64,000 bases of DNA from Balanoglossus misakiensis (Eukaryota > Animalia > Hemichordata). Location of the stretch: assembly GCA_040954595.2 (NCBI GenBank), contig CM082576.2, positions 17,407,028 through 17,471,027 on the forward strand, given 5' to 3'. Below are positions 1-12,423 of this stretch, one piece after another. The notes under the pieces were generated by a model. It worked only from the letters and a program-made list of their open reading frames with translations, searched no databases and was not told where the DNA came from. Position 1 is the stretch's first letter. Each line of letters opens with the position of its first letter. A program made the position numbers and the translations under genes.

Positions 1-511
1 AATCCAAATTATCTGCAAATGTTGCGTTCAACTCATTAAATAATGGATTGCCTTCGCTTCCTTCCATATTTCATGCGCACCATATAACTTATAAGTAGAC
101 CTAAGTTTTGTCCATTCTTTTTACCCATTTTGCTGTCTTTTCTATGGTCACCTCCGTTTTGTCTGTTGTTAGGAAAGCACACTGCCTTATGGCATTTAGT
201 GCATACACTTTTTGTAACCAGAGTCTCTGGTTTGGCCCATGCGCATACATGTAAGATGATCATTGCCCTTTAAACATAGAGTCAAGGACACAAGGTCCCA
301 TTTGTGGATTGCACAGAAATAGGAATTAAAATCAAATGATGCACGTGAAATTGACAAGCAGACGTGATGTACAATGAAACCATACATGTATATATGGAAA
401 TGTAAACAAAAATTAACTTGAAACATGGCTATCTATAACGTAGTAGTAAAACCATTCTCAGTCATTTATTAAGGTTTGATAATGTTCCTCTACAAATAAC
501 ACTACACTCAC

Positions 512-618
512 CTTGGAAAGTGGTTGACTTTTTGAAATTCTGTCAGACTACGTAATGTAAATGGTTTGACATGAGATCCAGTCCACATTAGATTAAAATC
601 AGAACTATTTGGGTGGGC
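512..618 (-). CDS. TTLL5: TTLL5 coding exon 4
   Basis: tag|GCC...CCA AG|gtgagt; [35 protein letters not shown](R). Confidence 0.93.
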
Positions 619-3600
619 CTACAAAAGATAAAAGAATATGCAATTTCAATAAATTGACAAGGTATTACAAGTGCCATTTTTGTGTGAAAGCAATGTTCAG
701 TGTACAGCGGAAATGTTTCCAAACCATGTAATAGAGGGTGTGTGATTGAACTGACATGTGCTGACCCACATTAAAGTGGAACGTTGTGATCCGTTTTTGA
801 GCCATTCTGCGAAATGTGATTAAAAAGTACTATGAAAAAGGTTGGTTTCATTCACTTTCACTTAGGCATAACAGAGCTACAGCCAGCCAAAAACTGCGCG
901 AACCCGGAAGTGAGTGACGTCAGCAACTTGTGGTACCGTTGTCCGCTGCCGACGCGTTGGAGCGAGCTTATGCTTATACACGCCTGCACTCACGCGACCG
1001 ACGACGTTAGCATGGCAACATATTCTCGGGTAGTAGGCTACAATTTTGAACCAGAGATTCCCTTCTACGACCAAGCGACTGAATTTTACAGAGGACAAAA
1101 ATTCATGCAGTTCTGATCTCCGATGTGTCCCGCTTGTCAAGGCTTACACTTGGTGTGGTTTCAGTGAAACCATAGACCCTAGGGTATATGGTGAAACAGA
1201 CAATGCTGTTATTAAACAATACCCTTCCTCGTTGTCTCTCCCTCGTTGTCACCTTTTCGAACCACTTTTCTTACAAAAATACTTTGTCACCTTTTATGGA
1301 GTTGAAAAGAATGCAGGTGCATCGTCCTGCTCTCCAGGGGTGTAGTACGTCCGTAGGATAATGGAAGCCAATACCATAGTTATTCTATGCATGTCTCGTC
1401 TCTTGAAATGTATTAAAACTGCCCTTTTTAGTTGCTTTCATTTGATAACTATGCGATCGTCAATAAATGGAAATTAAACCCAAATACATGTACCAAAAAA
1501 CGTGCAGGAAGGATTTAAAACGGTACGTTTATTATTATCAGCGGCAGTTAGAACAACTTTGTATAGGCCTTACGGTTTGTTCATAAACGTCGACATGCAT
1601 GGCATCGTGGACATTGCAGGGTCTATGTCTGCACGCATCGACAAATACAATACACGTAGACCATTGCCTTTGAAAGAAACATATCCCCGTCGATTTTCCG
1701 AATATGTTTTTAAAATCATGATCCGCGCAAAATGTGTCTGTTTATTGGAAACGACACGTCGAACGTGTAAGAGCGCTGCGCCTCGACTGCAACGCAAGTT
1801 GCTGACGTCACTGTAGTATTTTCAACTCGCGTCTTCTGCTTGCGCAGGAAGTGAAAGTGAATTAACCCATCGGAACGTTGCCGTTTTTGACACCCGGTTT
1901 GTACTTTGAAGCCCAAAATTGTGGGTGTCGTTCCACTTTAAAGCCCCAGTACTTCTCGTGTTTATCCTTTTTTACCATCGAAAATTGCCCGTTTTCCCCG
2001 TACATTCATCATGGAATACTACATAATGAAGATATAAGAAAGGTTTTCTGTTTCTACTGGTACCAAAACATACATGTACACTACAATGTACATGTTTGTT
2101 GGTTCACATTAACCACCATATAAATTTTGGAACCATGGATGCAGTGTGTCACCTACATGTATAGCAGCTGATGCTCCATAAGTCTCAACAGTAGACAGTG
2201 AAGATTTCTTATAATGACACCAGAAAACTTGCCATGCAAACCAAATGTCTACGAAAAATTATTAAAATCAAAGAACCATTTGTAAATGTTCTACTTACTT
2301 CATGAAAACCATGTTTTGATAAAATTTGTCGAATAAGTCTACACTCTGTCTTTACCATTTTATATGCTAGATGATATTTATCTGCAAAAAAAGAAGAAAA
2401 AAAGAAAGAAAATTGAATCACATTCACAATAAACCTTTTATATCACCCTGTATCATGTGCCCATTGTCCTACATGTACATTGTAACCATTGCTACTTTGA
2501 TTTCAAAATGTTGTAGGTATACAACAAGCTCTCATCAGGTTTACAACAATTTTTTGAAAACTAAGTAGGTTTAATGTATTATGTGTAGGTTTCTTACAAT
2601 GTTTACAACACTTTCCTGATTTTATCTACAGTAGTGTGCCTTTTCAATCAGTTCCAAAATAATCAGTGCTTCTGAGAGAAATTTGCAATGTTTTTATAAT
2701 CAACAGTACATGTACTTCGTAAAGCTCACACAATCATATCCTCCAACACTCATGTTCTATCACGAAGAGTTTATCTTATTTCCTTCCTATAGGCATTTTA
2801 AGGTCCCAGCTTGCACTGGTCAAACAGGCACAAACATTCTTCTATTCCAATCGCAGCACAGCTGTTAAATGATAGGAATCGACTGATTTTCCACCTATAC
2901 ATGTACGCTTGCCCTTTTTTTTACATGTGAATTTTTTATTGATTGTTTTAGATTTTGTTTACTACCGTCGTGTATGCATGTTTTTCACGAGTCACCATTA
3001 ATTACCTAGTTTGGGGATGAATGAAGTATTCTTGAATTAAATTGAGGAAACAACTCACTGTACCAGTAGTAAGAATTTGGAGAAAAATATGTTAATTGAA
3101 TTTCATGACGTATTCTAGACTTAGTATTTCTACCAGTCTGGTGGAAAAACAACCAGTCTCGGACTGTCGGACAGGCGTTATTTCGAATAGTGTGTTTTGC
3201 AAAACATAACAAGACAAACCTGTTCTCTCCAATATAGGCCTTAGATAGGGACGGTCGATCGGCCACAGACAAATTATCACGTCATTATTTCTCCACTGAT
3301 GATCACTTTTTGTAGGATATAACAAGACAAAACCGCTCTCTCCCATATAAATTATAAGATAGGGTCGGTCAATCAGCTGTTCACGCACACAAATTATCGT
3401 GCCGCGTGCTCTGTGTGTACGCCTATGTGTTAGTGAAGCTTCCGTTTGCTTAATAATCGTAGAAATTCAAGCAGTGTTTGCCTACGGCCATACCACGTAG
3501 AATACACCGGTTCTTGTCCGATCACCGAAGTTAAGCTGCGTTGGGCGTGGTTAGTACTTGGATGGGTGACCGCCTGGGAATACCACGTGCCGTAGGTTTG

Positions 3601-6600
3601 AATTTATATTATTTTTTTTTAAAGTTCTTAACTTTTGCATTAAAAAGTCTGCTTTGTAGAAAAGTTAATAATATACAAAATTAATTCATTTTTAGTTTAC
3701 ATTTTTTTTCTGCTACATGAGTGACCCAACATTACTTTTTGATTATGAACCTTCCATTTGTCCAACATGGCAGAAACAACCATCCTGACATTGTGTCCAC
3801 TTTAGGAGATTTTTATTACTCATCTACATCCAGGTAGCAAAGCTCTGTTTATGGAAGTGAGATTTATGGAGATAACTGGGTGACATCATATCACTAACAT
3901 TAATATAGAACCATACATTATTGACAGAAACATTAGTTGACTAGTCAAACACCTCACTCACCTCCCATATGGTACAAGCCTTTGACTTTGGTAAATAATG
4001 CATCAGCACTGAAGTTGACAATTGGAACCTTCTTTCCCGGTCCAGACCATATTAAGTGTGAACCATTGCTGAAGCATAGACAAAAATGCATTAAATATTA
4101 CAGAATCTGCTAAATATTTCACATAGTGCATTCAGATGTCAATCACAGGCCAACATCTGTACCAAGTTTCAATACATATAAATTTGGTGCATTACTGTGA
4201 CATTGGTCAATATGGTGATTGTGCTCTTTTTTGACAATATTTGTCAGAAATGGATATCTTTCATATACCATTTCATGAACACCAGTATGCACATTAGGCC
4301 ACATGAAATCTACATGTAATCCTTTCTTGTCATTCTGAAACTTTTAGTGTACAAAATTTTACTTAAATCTGTTCATTTGACCTTAAAGCCCCCATGAGCT
4401 GCAACTTTTGGGAAATTATCATGTATATATATCATGGACGGTACCGGCTGTTTGGAGGGGAGCTCAATCTAGTATTGGTAAAATACTGTTTTACCACTGC
4501 TGGCAGTGGTAAAACGGGCCCCTGAACGAGCATGCAGCGGGGAAAATGTGCGGTTAAACCACAGTCGCGTGGGGTTAAACCAAAGAAATAACATAAAAAT
4601 ACTGTTGAATTTAAATTTTATTTTGGAAATGCTCCAGGGTTCTCCACGGGGGGTTTTTGAGGGGCGGCCTGCCCCTCTGTTTTTTGCGGCCGCCCCTCTG
4701 TCGTATGTGCCGCCCCTGCATTTGACAACACCGCCCCTTTGTTTTACCCGGTAGAAAACAAAGCTCGCGCGTGGCTAGTTATACTTTGCGAAACAACGAA
4801 ACAGCGAAACGACGAAACCATTATTAAAATAGGGGCCAGTCATCAAAACGGTGGCGTATGATTTTTTTTAAAGTTTCCAAATTAAAACGTAAGCGAGCCA
4901 AGAAAACTACAGGTCAGATAAATTGTTTTCTCGGAAATTCAACATTAGAATTTGGCGTTGGAAACAAACGGCGGGTCGCCAGTTCCTGGTCTGCGGCCTG
5001 GTACTATGTAGTGGTAGAGTCGACGTCGTGTGCGCGCAAACGATTCATGCCAAACTGCTACATATACACAGTGAATATACGCGCGCGCACAACGAAACCA
5101 CAACAGATCGAAACCTCAAAATGCGGCAGCAACTGACACTATTTCCTTAAATACCACAAGGCGGGGAGGCATGAATTGCAATTAAGATAATAAAGAAATT
5201 TCGACAATGATACTGTGTTGTGTGAGTTACATGTGTTTCTATATATAACTACTACTCTTACCCCCCATCAGTGTTTGACCCTCGAAAGCTTACGGACACT
5301 ACTGCTTTGTTTCAATTAATCCTTAGCCCTGTGAATATACTCGTACATTGACCTTTTGGGGCGGGATTCTTTTTTGGCGCGCAACCACTAGTACCAGGCC
5401 GCAGACCAGGAACTTATTTGGAAACTTTTAAAATAATAATACGCCACCGTCTTGATGACTGGCCCCTATTTTAATAATGGTTTCGTCGTTTCGCTGTTTC
5501 GTTTCGCTGTTTCGTTGTTTCGCAAAGTATAACTAGCCTCGCGCGTTGTGGTTTATAGTGTTACTAGCGTCTTTTGGGGGTGGACGTGAACAAAATGGTC
5601 GTTCACACTTTGTCATGCACCATAGTGACACTTAGCATGGCAAATGGAAACCGTTTCACACATTCAGAAATGATGTCAGTCGAACGTTCCAGAGAAAAAC
5701 CATCGTGTTATCGACATGACCTAATTACGTGACCTTTGACAGTATGCGTCCTTCCTTCACTTTGTAAACCCGGAAGACAGCAAATTTTTCACTGGACATT
5801 TTCATGACAGCGACTTCAACAATGATTACGATTTTTGGGGGTTTCATTGACTACAATTTTATACCGATCAAGGCCATTAGTAATCCCGACCGTGACAACG
5901 ACTCTGGAGCCGATGTCGAGAGTACGGGTGGTCGCGCGCGCGATCGGGGACCCAGCCAACTTAACTGCATTGAGCTGTGCACGCGATGTCGCGCACGGTC
6001 GCGGTCAGTCGATGTTAATTTTATGCAAATGATATGCTAATTTTTATGTAAATTATCCGCCCCTGTTAATTTTCAAAGCGTGGAGAACCCTGTGCTCTGT
6101 GGGAGTATATATATATTTATAATATACCTCATGCTAATACTGTGTCGTGATTCGCCAGAATCCGTCACGTGATAGGAAAATAGAATCGACTATGAACCGC
6201 TAGGGAAATAGCAGAAAAAATATAAACCGGTCACGTGACCAGCGTGAGTGCGCAAACTCGGTCACGTCCATCAGCGTCGCTTCGTCTGACACAATGGCCA
6301 CCGCGGAAGATGTCGTCTGCCAACCTCAAGAGAAAATTGCCAGATTTTCCCAGCTGTTAGCATGAGGTTTATTATAAAACACCTATAGCCTGGCCTATAT
6401 TCGGGCCATAGCAGCCGTTTTTAACCCCTCGTGATTATGAGTTACCAGAATCATATGCTATTTGCCTCGGCCTGCGGCCTCGGGAAATAGCATATGATTC
6501 TGGTAACTCACAGCCCCTCGGGTGTAATAAACGGCCGCTATGGCCCTCATGGCCAGGCAATAGGTGTTCAATATATATATTTTGTCATAAATACATGTTT

Positions 6601-7828
6601 TCTTGATATAATATAAGGCAATATCATTTAAAAGACAGAATTAAAAGCATCTGAGATTAGCCTAACCGAATTACATTGTATTGAGTTGCAGCTCATGGGG
6701 TTTAAAGGCTGTACAATCGGTAAAAGTATATTTTTTTAATTGTGCATTATTGGTTTCTCCTTTGTAACTTGCACTTGCTTTTGAAATCTAAGGTCGTGAA
6801 CTTAGTCAATAATTGAAGGAAACTGCTGAGTCAGTATTTTTCCAAAAATGGTTTGTCTATGTCTGTGAGCTTATAGTACATTTGTCTCTTAAAATAAAGC
6901 GTGGTGACCATATATGTACGATTTTAACTGACCAATTAATTTATTTTTACTTGACTGGGCTATGTGTAAAATTTCTTGAAAATGACAATATTGGGAAGAG
7001 ACAAATGTGCAGTTTGTAAGTTTACGTTCTGCATGAAATAATTAAGCAATACAACACCCCCGGCCATGGTATACCACGAGATTTTGACCAGTTCACGACA
7101 TATACACACGAGCGATAGCGAGTGCGTATATGGAGTTGAACTGGTCAAAATCGAGTGGTATACCATGGCTGGGGGTGTTTTATTGCTATTATATTATGCC
7201 AGTATATTGAAACTTTGCATAAAACATTTTAAAAAGGCATTTTCTTTGACTATGATATATGACTGTGGTATATGGCTAATATATCACGGTCACGTGTCGT
7301 GTCTCGACCAATCAAATTGCGTGATTTACACCATCAATATACTGGTATAATATAATATAATACATGATACATGTTTATTTCAGTGTTCTCCCCATGAATT
7401 TCTGATAGCGTAGCCGCCAATTTGCCTAAAAATATCAACAATTGTTATGTTATCTAAGTTCTATTGTCTTCTCAAAATTAAAGAGTAGTGGGCACTACGC
7501 TTTAATTGCTCGGGGGGGGGGGGGGGGGGGAACACTGTCATGTAAACATAAAGACACATGGATGCCTGTACATGTGAGCTGAAAATATTATGGACAGAAT
7601 TTAAAGGTTAGGACAATACATGTTATCTGCTCCTTCCGATTCCTCTTCTTCCCCCTCTTCTTCTTCATCATTGCTGTCTTTATCCCTATCAGAATCACTT
7701 GTGGTATCTGAGCTGTCATCCTGATCATCACTTTTAGATTTGTCAGTGTTGTTATCACTAGCAACAGATGCAGAGTCCGGGTCTGAATCTGATGTATTAG
7801 TGTCAGGTGTGGTCCCTGTTGATGTCAT
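512..7828 (-). CDS. TTLL5: Tubulin polyglutamylase TTLL5, 5' part (join 7828-7620, 4068-3962, 2381-2299, 618-512; continues left of window)
   Basis: Spliced translation ...[99 protein letters not shown] matches the recalled N-terminal TTL-domain region of TTLL5. All junctions are GT-AG with compatible phases. Confidence 0.9.
775..1937. mobile_element. Non-autonomous TTAA-target DNA transposon (Kolobok-like)
   Basis: TTAA|AGTGGAACG ... CGTTCCACT|TTAA; CpG-rich interior. Confidence 0.7.
2299..2381 (-). CDS. TTLL5: TTLL5 coding exon 3
   Basis: cag|AT AAA...GAA|gtaagt; (D)[27 protein letters not shown]. Confidence 0.93.
3480..3598 (+). rRNA. 5S rRNA gene, single copy, antisense within a TTLL5 intron
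   Basis: GCCTACGGCCATACCAC...CCGATCACCGAAGTTAAGC...GTTAGTACTTGGATGGGTGACCGCCTGGGAATACCACGTGCCGTAGGTT. The ends pair (GCCTACGGC/GCCGTAGGT), the internal control region looks intact, and a T-run follows at 3612-3620. Confidence 0.95.
3962..4068 (-). CDS. TTLL5: TTLL5 coding exon 2
   Basis: cag|C AAT GGT...GGA G|gtgagt; [35 protein letters not shown]. Confidence 0.88.
4635..6092. mobile_element. hAT-like MITE with 5-bp TSD
   Basis: TGCTC|CAGGGTTCTCCACG ... CGTGGAGAACCCTG|TGCTC. Confidence 0.8.
4773..5538. mobile_element. MITE with ~100-bp TIRs and 8-bp TSD (Merlin-like)
   Basis: TCGCGCGT|GGCTAGTTATACTTTGCGAAAC ... GTTTCGCAAAGTATAACTAGCC|TCGCGCGT; TIRs contain CGAAAC repeats; superfamily tentative. 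Confidence 0.8.
6117..6572 (-). mobile_element. Crypton-like hairpin element, family C
   Basis: Hairpin 6378-6570; IR pair TATACCTCATGCTAA (~6123) / TTAGCATGAGGTTTA (~6357) abutting the hairpin; no evident TSD. Confidence 0.7.
7042..7355 (+). mobile_element. Crypton-like hairpin element, family A copy 1 (314 bp)
   Basis: Near-identical to 21528-21841, 23359-23672 and 23738-24051. Confidence 0.85.
7620..7828 (-). CDS. TTLL5: TTLL5 first coding exon (acidic Ser/Asp/Glu-rich N-terminus); exon probably begins at acceptor 7959
   Basis: accATG at 7828 with an in-frame upstream stop; ends AAC AT|gtattg, phase 2, matching the next exon; strong acceptor ttttctcatttcag before 7959. Confidence 0.72.
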
Positions 7829-7870
7829 GGTGGTGGTGGTGGTGGTGGTGGTGGTGGTGGTGGTGGTGGT
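7829..7870. repeat. (GGT)14 microsatellite in the TTLL5 5' UTR
   Basis: Read directly; abuts the minus-strand ATG. Confidence 0.95.
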
Positions 7871-8449
7871 TAAAGTTGAGACAAGTTACTGCTGGTGTGT
7901 ATTCTTGTATTGTGTGGCATCCCAAAACAAACTTGAAAGGCCCACTTCTTAGGCATGGACTGAAATGAGAAAACAATATAACAAACAATACACGAAATTG
8001 GTAAATGGCATATTACATGTGACATATATCCACAAGTTCCGCAACGACCTTTGGCTGGTTGGATGGCCAGCCACCCAGCGAGCCCACCATGGTTACATGT
8101 ACAATTATTGCAGCCAATAATGTAGAGGGCACATTCTTGACGGGAGGGAGGGGGGGGGGGGGGGTTAGCGTGAAAATAGTCTGATATGGGTCCTGAGGCT
8201 TGTATTGCCGACCACACAGCCATGTCAAATCTGCGGGTGACACCGCGCAACTAGTGCTGACATAGTCTGAAACTCCACCTCTCAAATCCTGCATCGTTAG
8301 GCCAGTGCCATTACAACATTTACAAGTGCATACAGTTTGTATTATCATTAGATTGGCGAGACCATCATTCTGGCAGTTTTTGCATTCGCGAAGACAGCAT
8401 CGTCAGACGTGAGAGAAGCTACACGGCTCTGATACCAGAAAGATTAATT

Positions 8450-10452
8450 GAAGAGATAGTGGAAAAGAAGACAGCGGAAATCAGAGATACATGTAGTGAA
8501 CAAGTGCAATCTGATTGTCTTTAACATGGAAGATAGTACTGAGATCAACCCTGATGAACGGAAAAAATACATGTATGATATCGAGCAGTTTGATAGACTT
8601 TGTTCCCATCTCTGATGTATCAACAGAAGTCACAAGAATTTCAAGAATTGGTCAAAAACATGAGTCCAGTCACAGACCAATGTTAATACAATGTACAATG
8701 AAATCGCAGGATCAGAAGAGATCACTAATGAAACAATACTGAATTCAAGGGTGTTACCATAAGTCACAATATGACAAAAAATCGCGTCAAGGACACGGCG
8801 GTCCCATTGAGGGATTACACAAGAAAAAGTCTACACAGGAGTACATACATGTACAAATGTACATGGCCATATACAGACAGACACACACACACACATACAC
8901 ATACATGTAGATCTAGAGATCAATGAGCAAACACTGACTGACCCATAAGTTGCCATTGGCATATGTACAGCTGTACTGTACATACACTAAATAGAACAGC
9001 TGGCCTCTATAAAACTTAGCCAGTTATGTAATCATTCAGGAATTTGCTGTGTTTATATGAAACACAGGAGGGAGTTCCTGCCTAATTAAAACAACTCAAT
9101 AAAGTAAATACACACCACTTTGCAAAGCAATCTGACCAGTAGTTCTTGAGTTACTGTGTTTTGACCAAATTCACATTTTTCCAGCTAATTTGCATATTTT
9201 TGGCGATGACACCTTCATTTGAACAAACTCCCATCTACAGCCCAGCCTGCATCTACACACCAAATATCAAGGTGATACACGCAGGGGTTTTCAAGTTTTT
9301 GATGTGGACGGACATACATGTGTACAGACATCCATCCATCCATCCATCCATACATACAGACGCAACCGATCCCATAAGGTACCATGGTAAAAACCAATGG
9401 TACCTAAAAACGAGAGGGAGGAAAACAAGCGTATCCTCAAGAAAGCAAAGGAACTACAAGCAGAAGACACAACCGGAGAGTACAGATACAAAGTAATAGG
9501 TCCACCATGGGACAGAAGGATAAAGAAACTGAAAGTGGAAGTGATAGACAACAAGATGTAACAGTCCAAGTACGAGGTGCAAATGTAAATACTACATGTA
9601 CTAACCCCAGAACTGTAAATAATATGGATGTAAATAGAAGTTTGCTAACATGTGTGTATACTAACTCTGATTCACTACTGAATAAAATGAATGAATTCAA
9701 GTATACAATAGCTGTAGCTGAGAAACTAAAGGCTCTAAATACATCCAAATCTCCAGGACCAGATGGTTTCCACCCAAGAATATTATATGAACTCAGAGAT
9801 ACAATATGTGTACCACTATCAATCATCTTCCAAACATCACTTCAGACTGGCCAACTACCAAGCCAATGGAAGCAAGGAAACATTACCGCAATTTACAAGA
9901 AGGGCAAGAAATGTGTTCCATACATGTATGGCATCCATACAAAGAAAAAGATATAGCAAATAGAGAATGTACAACGTAGAGCCACCAGACAAATTGCAGC
10001 ATTGAAGGGGTACAGCTATGAAGAACGCCTGCGGACAATAAATTTACCAACTTTGTCATATAGAAGAGCAAGAGGTGATATGATTGAAACGTACAAGATA
10101 CTAACAGGGAAGTATGATACTGCCATCACATATTTTCTCCATCGTCATCACTCGGATAGAACCAGAGGTCACTCACTCAAACTTGCAAAATCACAATGTA
10201 CCCTGGACATAAGGAAATTCACATTCACACACCGTATTGTTGACACTTGGAACAATCTGCCTGAAACTGTTATCTCATCACCCACCCTGCACTGTTTTGA
10301 ACAACGCCTGGATAGATTCTGGAGAGACCAGGACATCCAATTTGATTACAAAGCAAAGATTTATCATCACTCTTCAGCATCGAACTAAACACAGATCTGG
10401 ATATATAGGCCTATTGGCCTGCGTCCACAAACAACCTAAGTAAACCTAAGTA
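8450..10452 (+). mobile_element. Fragmented CR1-type LINE
   Basis: YTNSDSLLNKM (EN start), KSPGPDGFHPRILYEL...WKQGNITAIYKKG, YEERLRTINLPTLSYRRARGDMIETYKIL...FTHRIVDTWNNLP; 3' tail (AACCTAAGTA)2; internal deletions. Confidence 0.85.
9100..9410 (-). mobile_element. DINE-1/Helentron-associated (HINE-like) element fragment
   Basis: Reverse complement of 59005-59300; terminal hairpin plus (GGAT)n. Confidence 0.6.
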
Positions 10453-10467
10453 ATTACTGACAGATGC

Positions 10468-11286
10468 CAGGGTTTTACATGACGCGCATTTCTGCGTCCT
10501 TTACGCACAAAACTGGGCTTGGGACCCGTCAAAAACTAAACCATGCGTCCCAGGGGACGCATGAAATATGTCTGTTGTTGCGACGGTAGTTGCACGTTTC
10601 CTGATATCTAATGGGTGTACGCGTACACAGAGAGTCAATTGAACAGTTTATGACCTTATGACCTGTAATCGATACTGATAACAGTTTCATAACAAACTTG
10701 TAGCAAACTTGGTTTATTGTTGAATTTGATACAGTTTACGTACACGCAGTCACCTCTTGGGAATTGTAAGTTACACTGCAATATCACGCCTATATCGCAC
10801 TTTGCCGTGTGCAAGCAGTGAACTACCGTGACTCCTATTGCTCTGAAACCAACTCCGTCCATGAGTACCAGCAGTCTTAGTTTTGTTGAAAACCCTGAAC
10901 TTAAACTTTAAATATAGATTCAGCTGCAAATTTCTTCAAGAAGACCAAGTTGAGAGTACATGTACTGGTATTCTCCATATTATATGATTTAGGTCAAAGG
11001 GTCACTCATAAGGTGATGTTCAAGATGGGACCCCTAGCCATACTACAGTTGATCTTGGAATTACTCCCTATATCTTGTAGACAATATCATTTTATGATTT
11101 GGATTGGTATTGATTCTTACAATCGTTGCCCATTCACAGAAGGATTTTCTAATTTCCAGCATTGATAAAATGATAAAATATTCTGGTGAAATAAATTGGG
11201 ACCCCCATGGTTTGATGTAGGACCCCCATTTTTCAACACTAGGAGTCCCAGGGACTCCCAAAAGTAAAAAGTGATGTAAAACCCTG
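10468..11286. mobile_element. CAGGG-terminated MITE with 7-bp TSD (hAT- or P-like)
   Basis: CAGATGC|CAGGGTTTTACAT ... ATGTAAAACCCTG|CAGATGC. Confidence 0.78.
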
Positions 11287-11581
11287 CAGATGCTATGACT
11301 GAGCATTTACATAACATTGCAAATCTCCCCAGTCCCGAGTGGGAGAATTGTGAATTTGTCCCAGATCCTACGTCCCGATCGGTGATGACAGTCATACAAT
11401 AACCAAGGGCAATTTTCAGTATGTCGACCCGCCAATGCAATTGGCAGGTTTTCTCCCGATCAAAAGAAAGTCTCCGGGTGTGAACAGTCTGCCTCGATGA
11501 CATGTACAGTACATTACACGTCTGCAGGTTTGACATGTTTGGATCACTCGGAAACACAAAAAACACTTTACGATGACTTAC

Positions 11582-11850
11582 CAGACAATCGTGTGTACTA
11601 TTCTAGCTATTTTCTCCTGAATGTGGTACCATACAGGCACTTGAAGGTGCAAAATGTAGACGATGCCGTAGAGAACTTCACAAAGAGCCGTAAAATGTTT
11701 GATAAAATTGAAGCTCCCGGTCCGTTTTTCCGGTAACCAATTTGTTGTTACGGACGCTCTTGGGCATGCGCATAGTGGATTTTCTCAAATCACGCAGATC
11801 AAAAGGAAAGTCTCGTGGGTCTTCGAGACTAGTTTAGTTCACTTCCGGTC
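11582..11850 (-). promoter_or_regulatory. Probable TTLL5 non-coding first exon and CpG-rich promoter
   Basis: Minus-strand donor G|GTAAGT at 11582/11581; NRF1-like GCATGCGCA near 11764-11772; ETS-like ACTTCCGG 11841-11848; local CpG enrichment. Inference only, no transcript data. Confidence 0.45.
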
Positions 11851-12423
11851 GGGATAAAAATGCATCAAAGCCTACAATCATGAATGGGATATGAATTATT
11901 GGCGTCAACTATCCAAATTAAACTACAGTTTACGATATACTAGTATAAATCGTAGTGCATGCCACGAGAGCAGACCTTGGACTGTACCATTCTATGGTGG
12001 CGATGGTTAGCATGATTAGTTAGGGTTGGTGTTATGGTTATGACTTCATTTACAAAACTCCCGGACAAAACTAAATCACTTTAGCCAATATTTTCAACTT
12101 TCGAACGCATATTTTTAACTCCCGAGGCAATATTTGCAACTCTCGGGTCAAAGAATTCGTGAGCGACTGACGACAGTCTACATGATGGACGGACGTGGTT
12201 CTACCAAATGAGAAATTTTGCTTTGTCGCAACATGATATTAGAGCAAGGGGTGGACCATTTGGTATCATGGCAGGGGAGGGGGGTCTGAAAGAAGATGGA
12301 TGAGACAGCATAATTGTGTGTGTCTGTTCCACTGGTCATATTTGTCTCAACAACAAATGTACAGTCCCTTATGTTTAAATGTTTATGCCCTGGAACATAT
12401 CAGGCTATGTAGGACTGGGCTTA

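Larger units (their letters stand above)
4424..6107 (-). mobile_element. Crypton-like family B fragment, interrupted by a hAT-like MITE
   Basis: 4424-4634 plus 6093-6107 resemble the reverse complement of 23190-23350 and 23673-23737. Confidence 0.7.
4387..6701. mobile_element. Small TTAA-flanked MITE (Kolobok-like) expanded by nested insertions
   Basis: TTAA|AGCCCCCATGAGCTGCAACT ... AGTTGCAGCTCATGGGGT|TTAA. Confidence 0.7.

Noticed and set aside
7803-7988. Poly-His or poly-Val ORF
   Set aside because: Alternative frames of the (GGT)14 repeat in the TTLL5 5' UTR.
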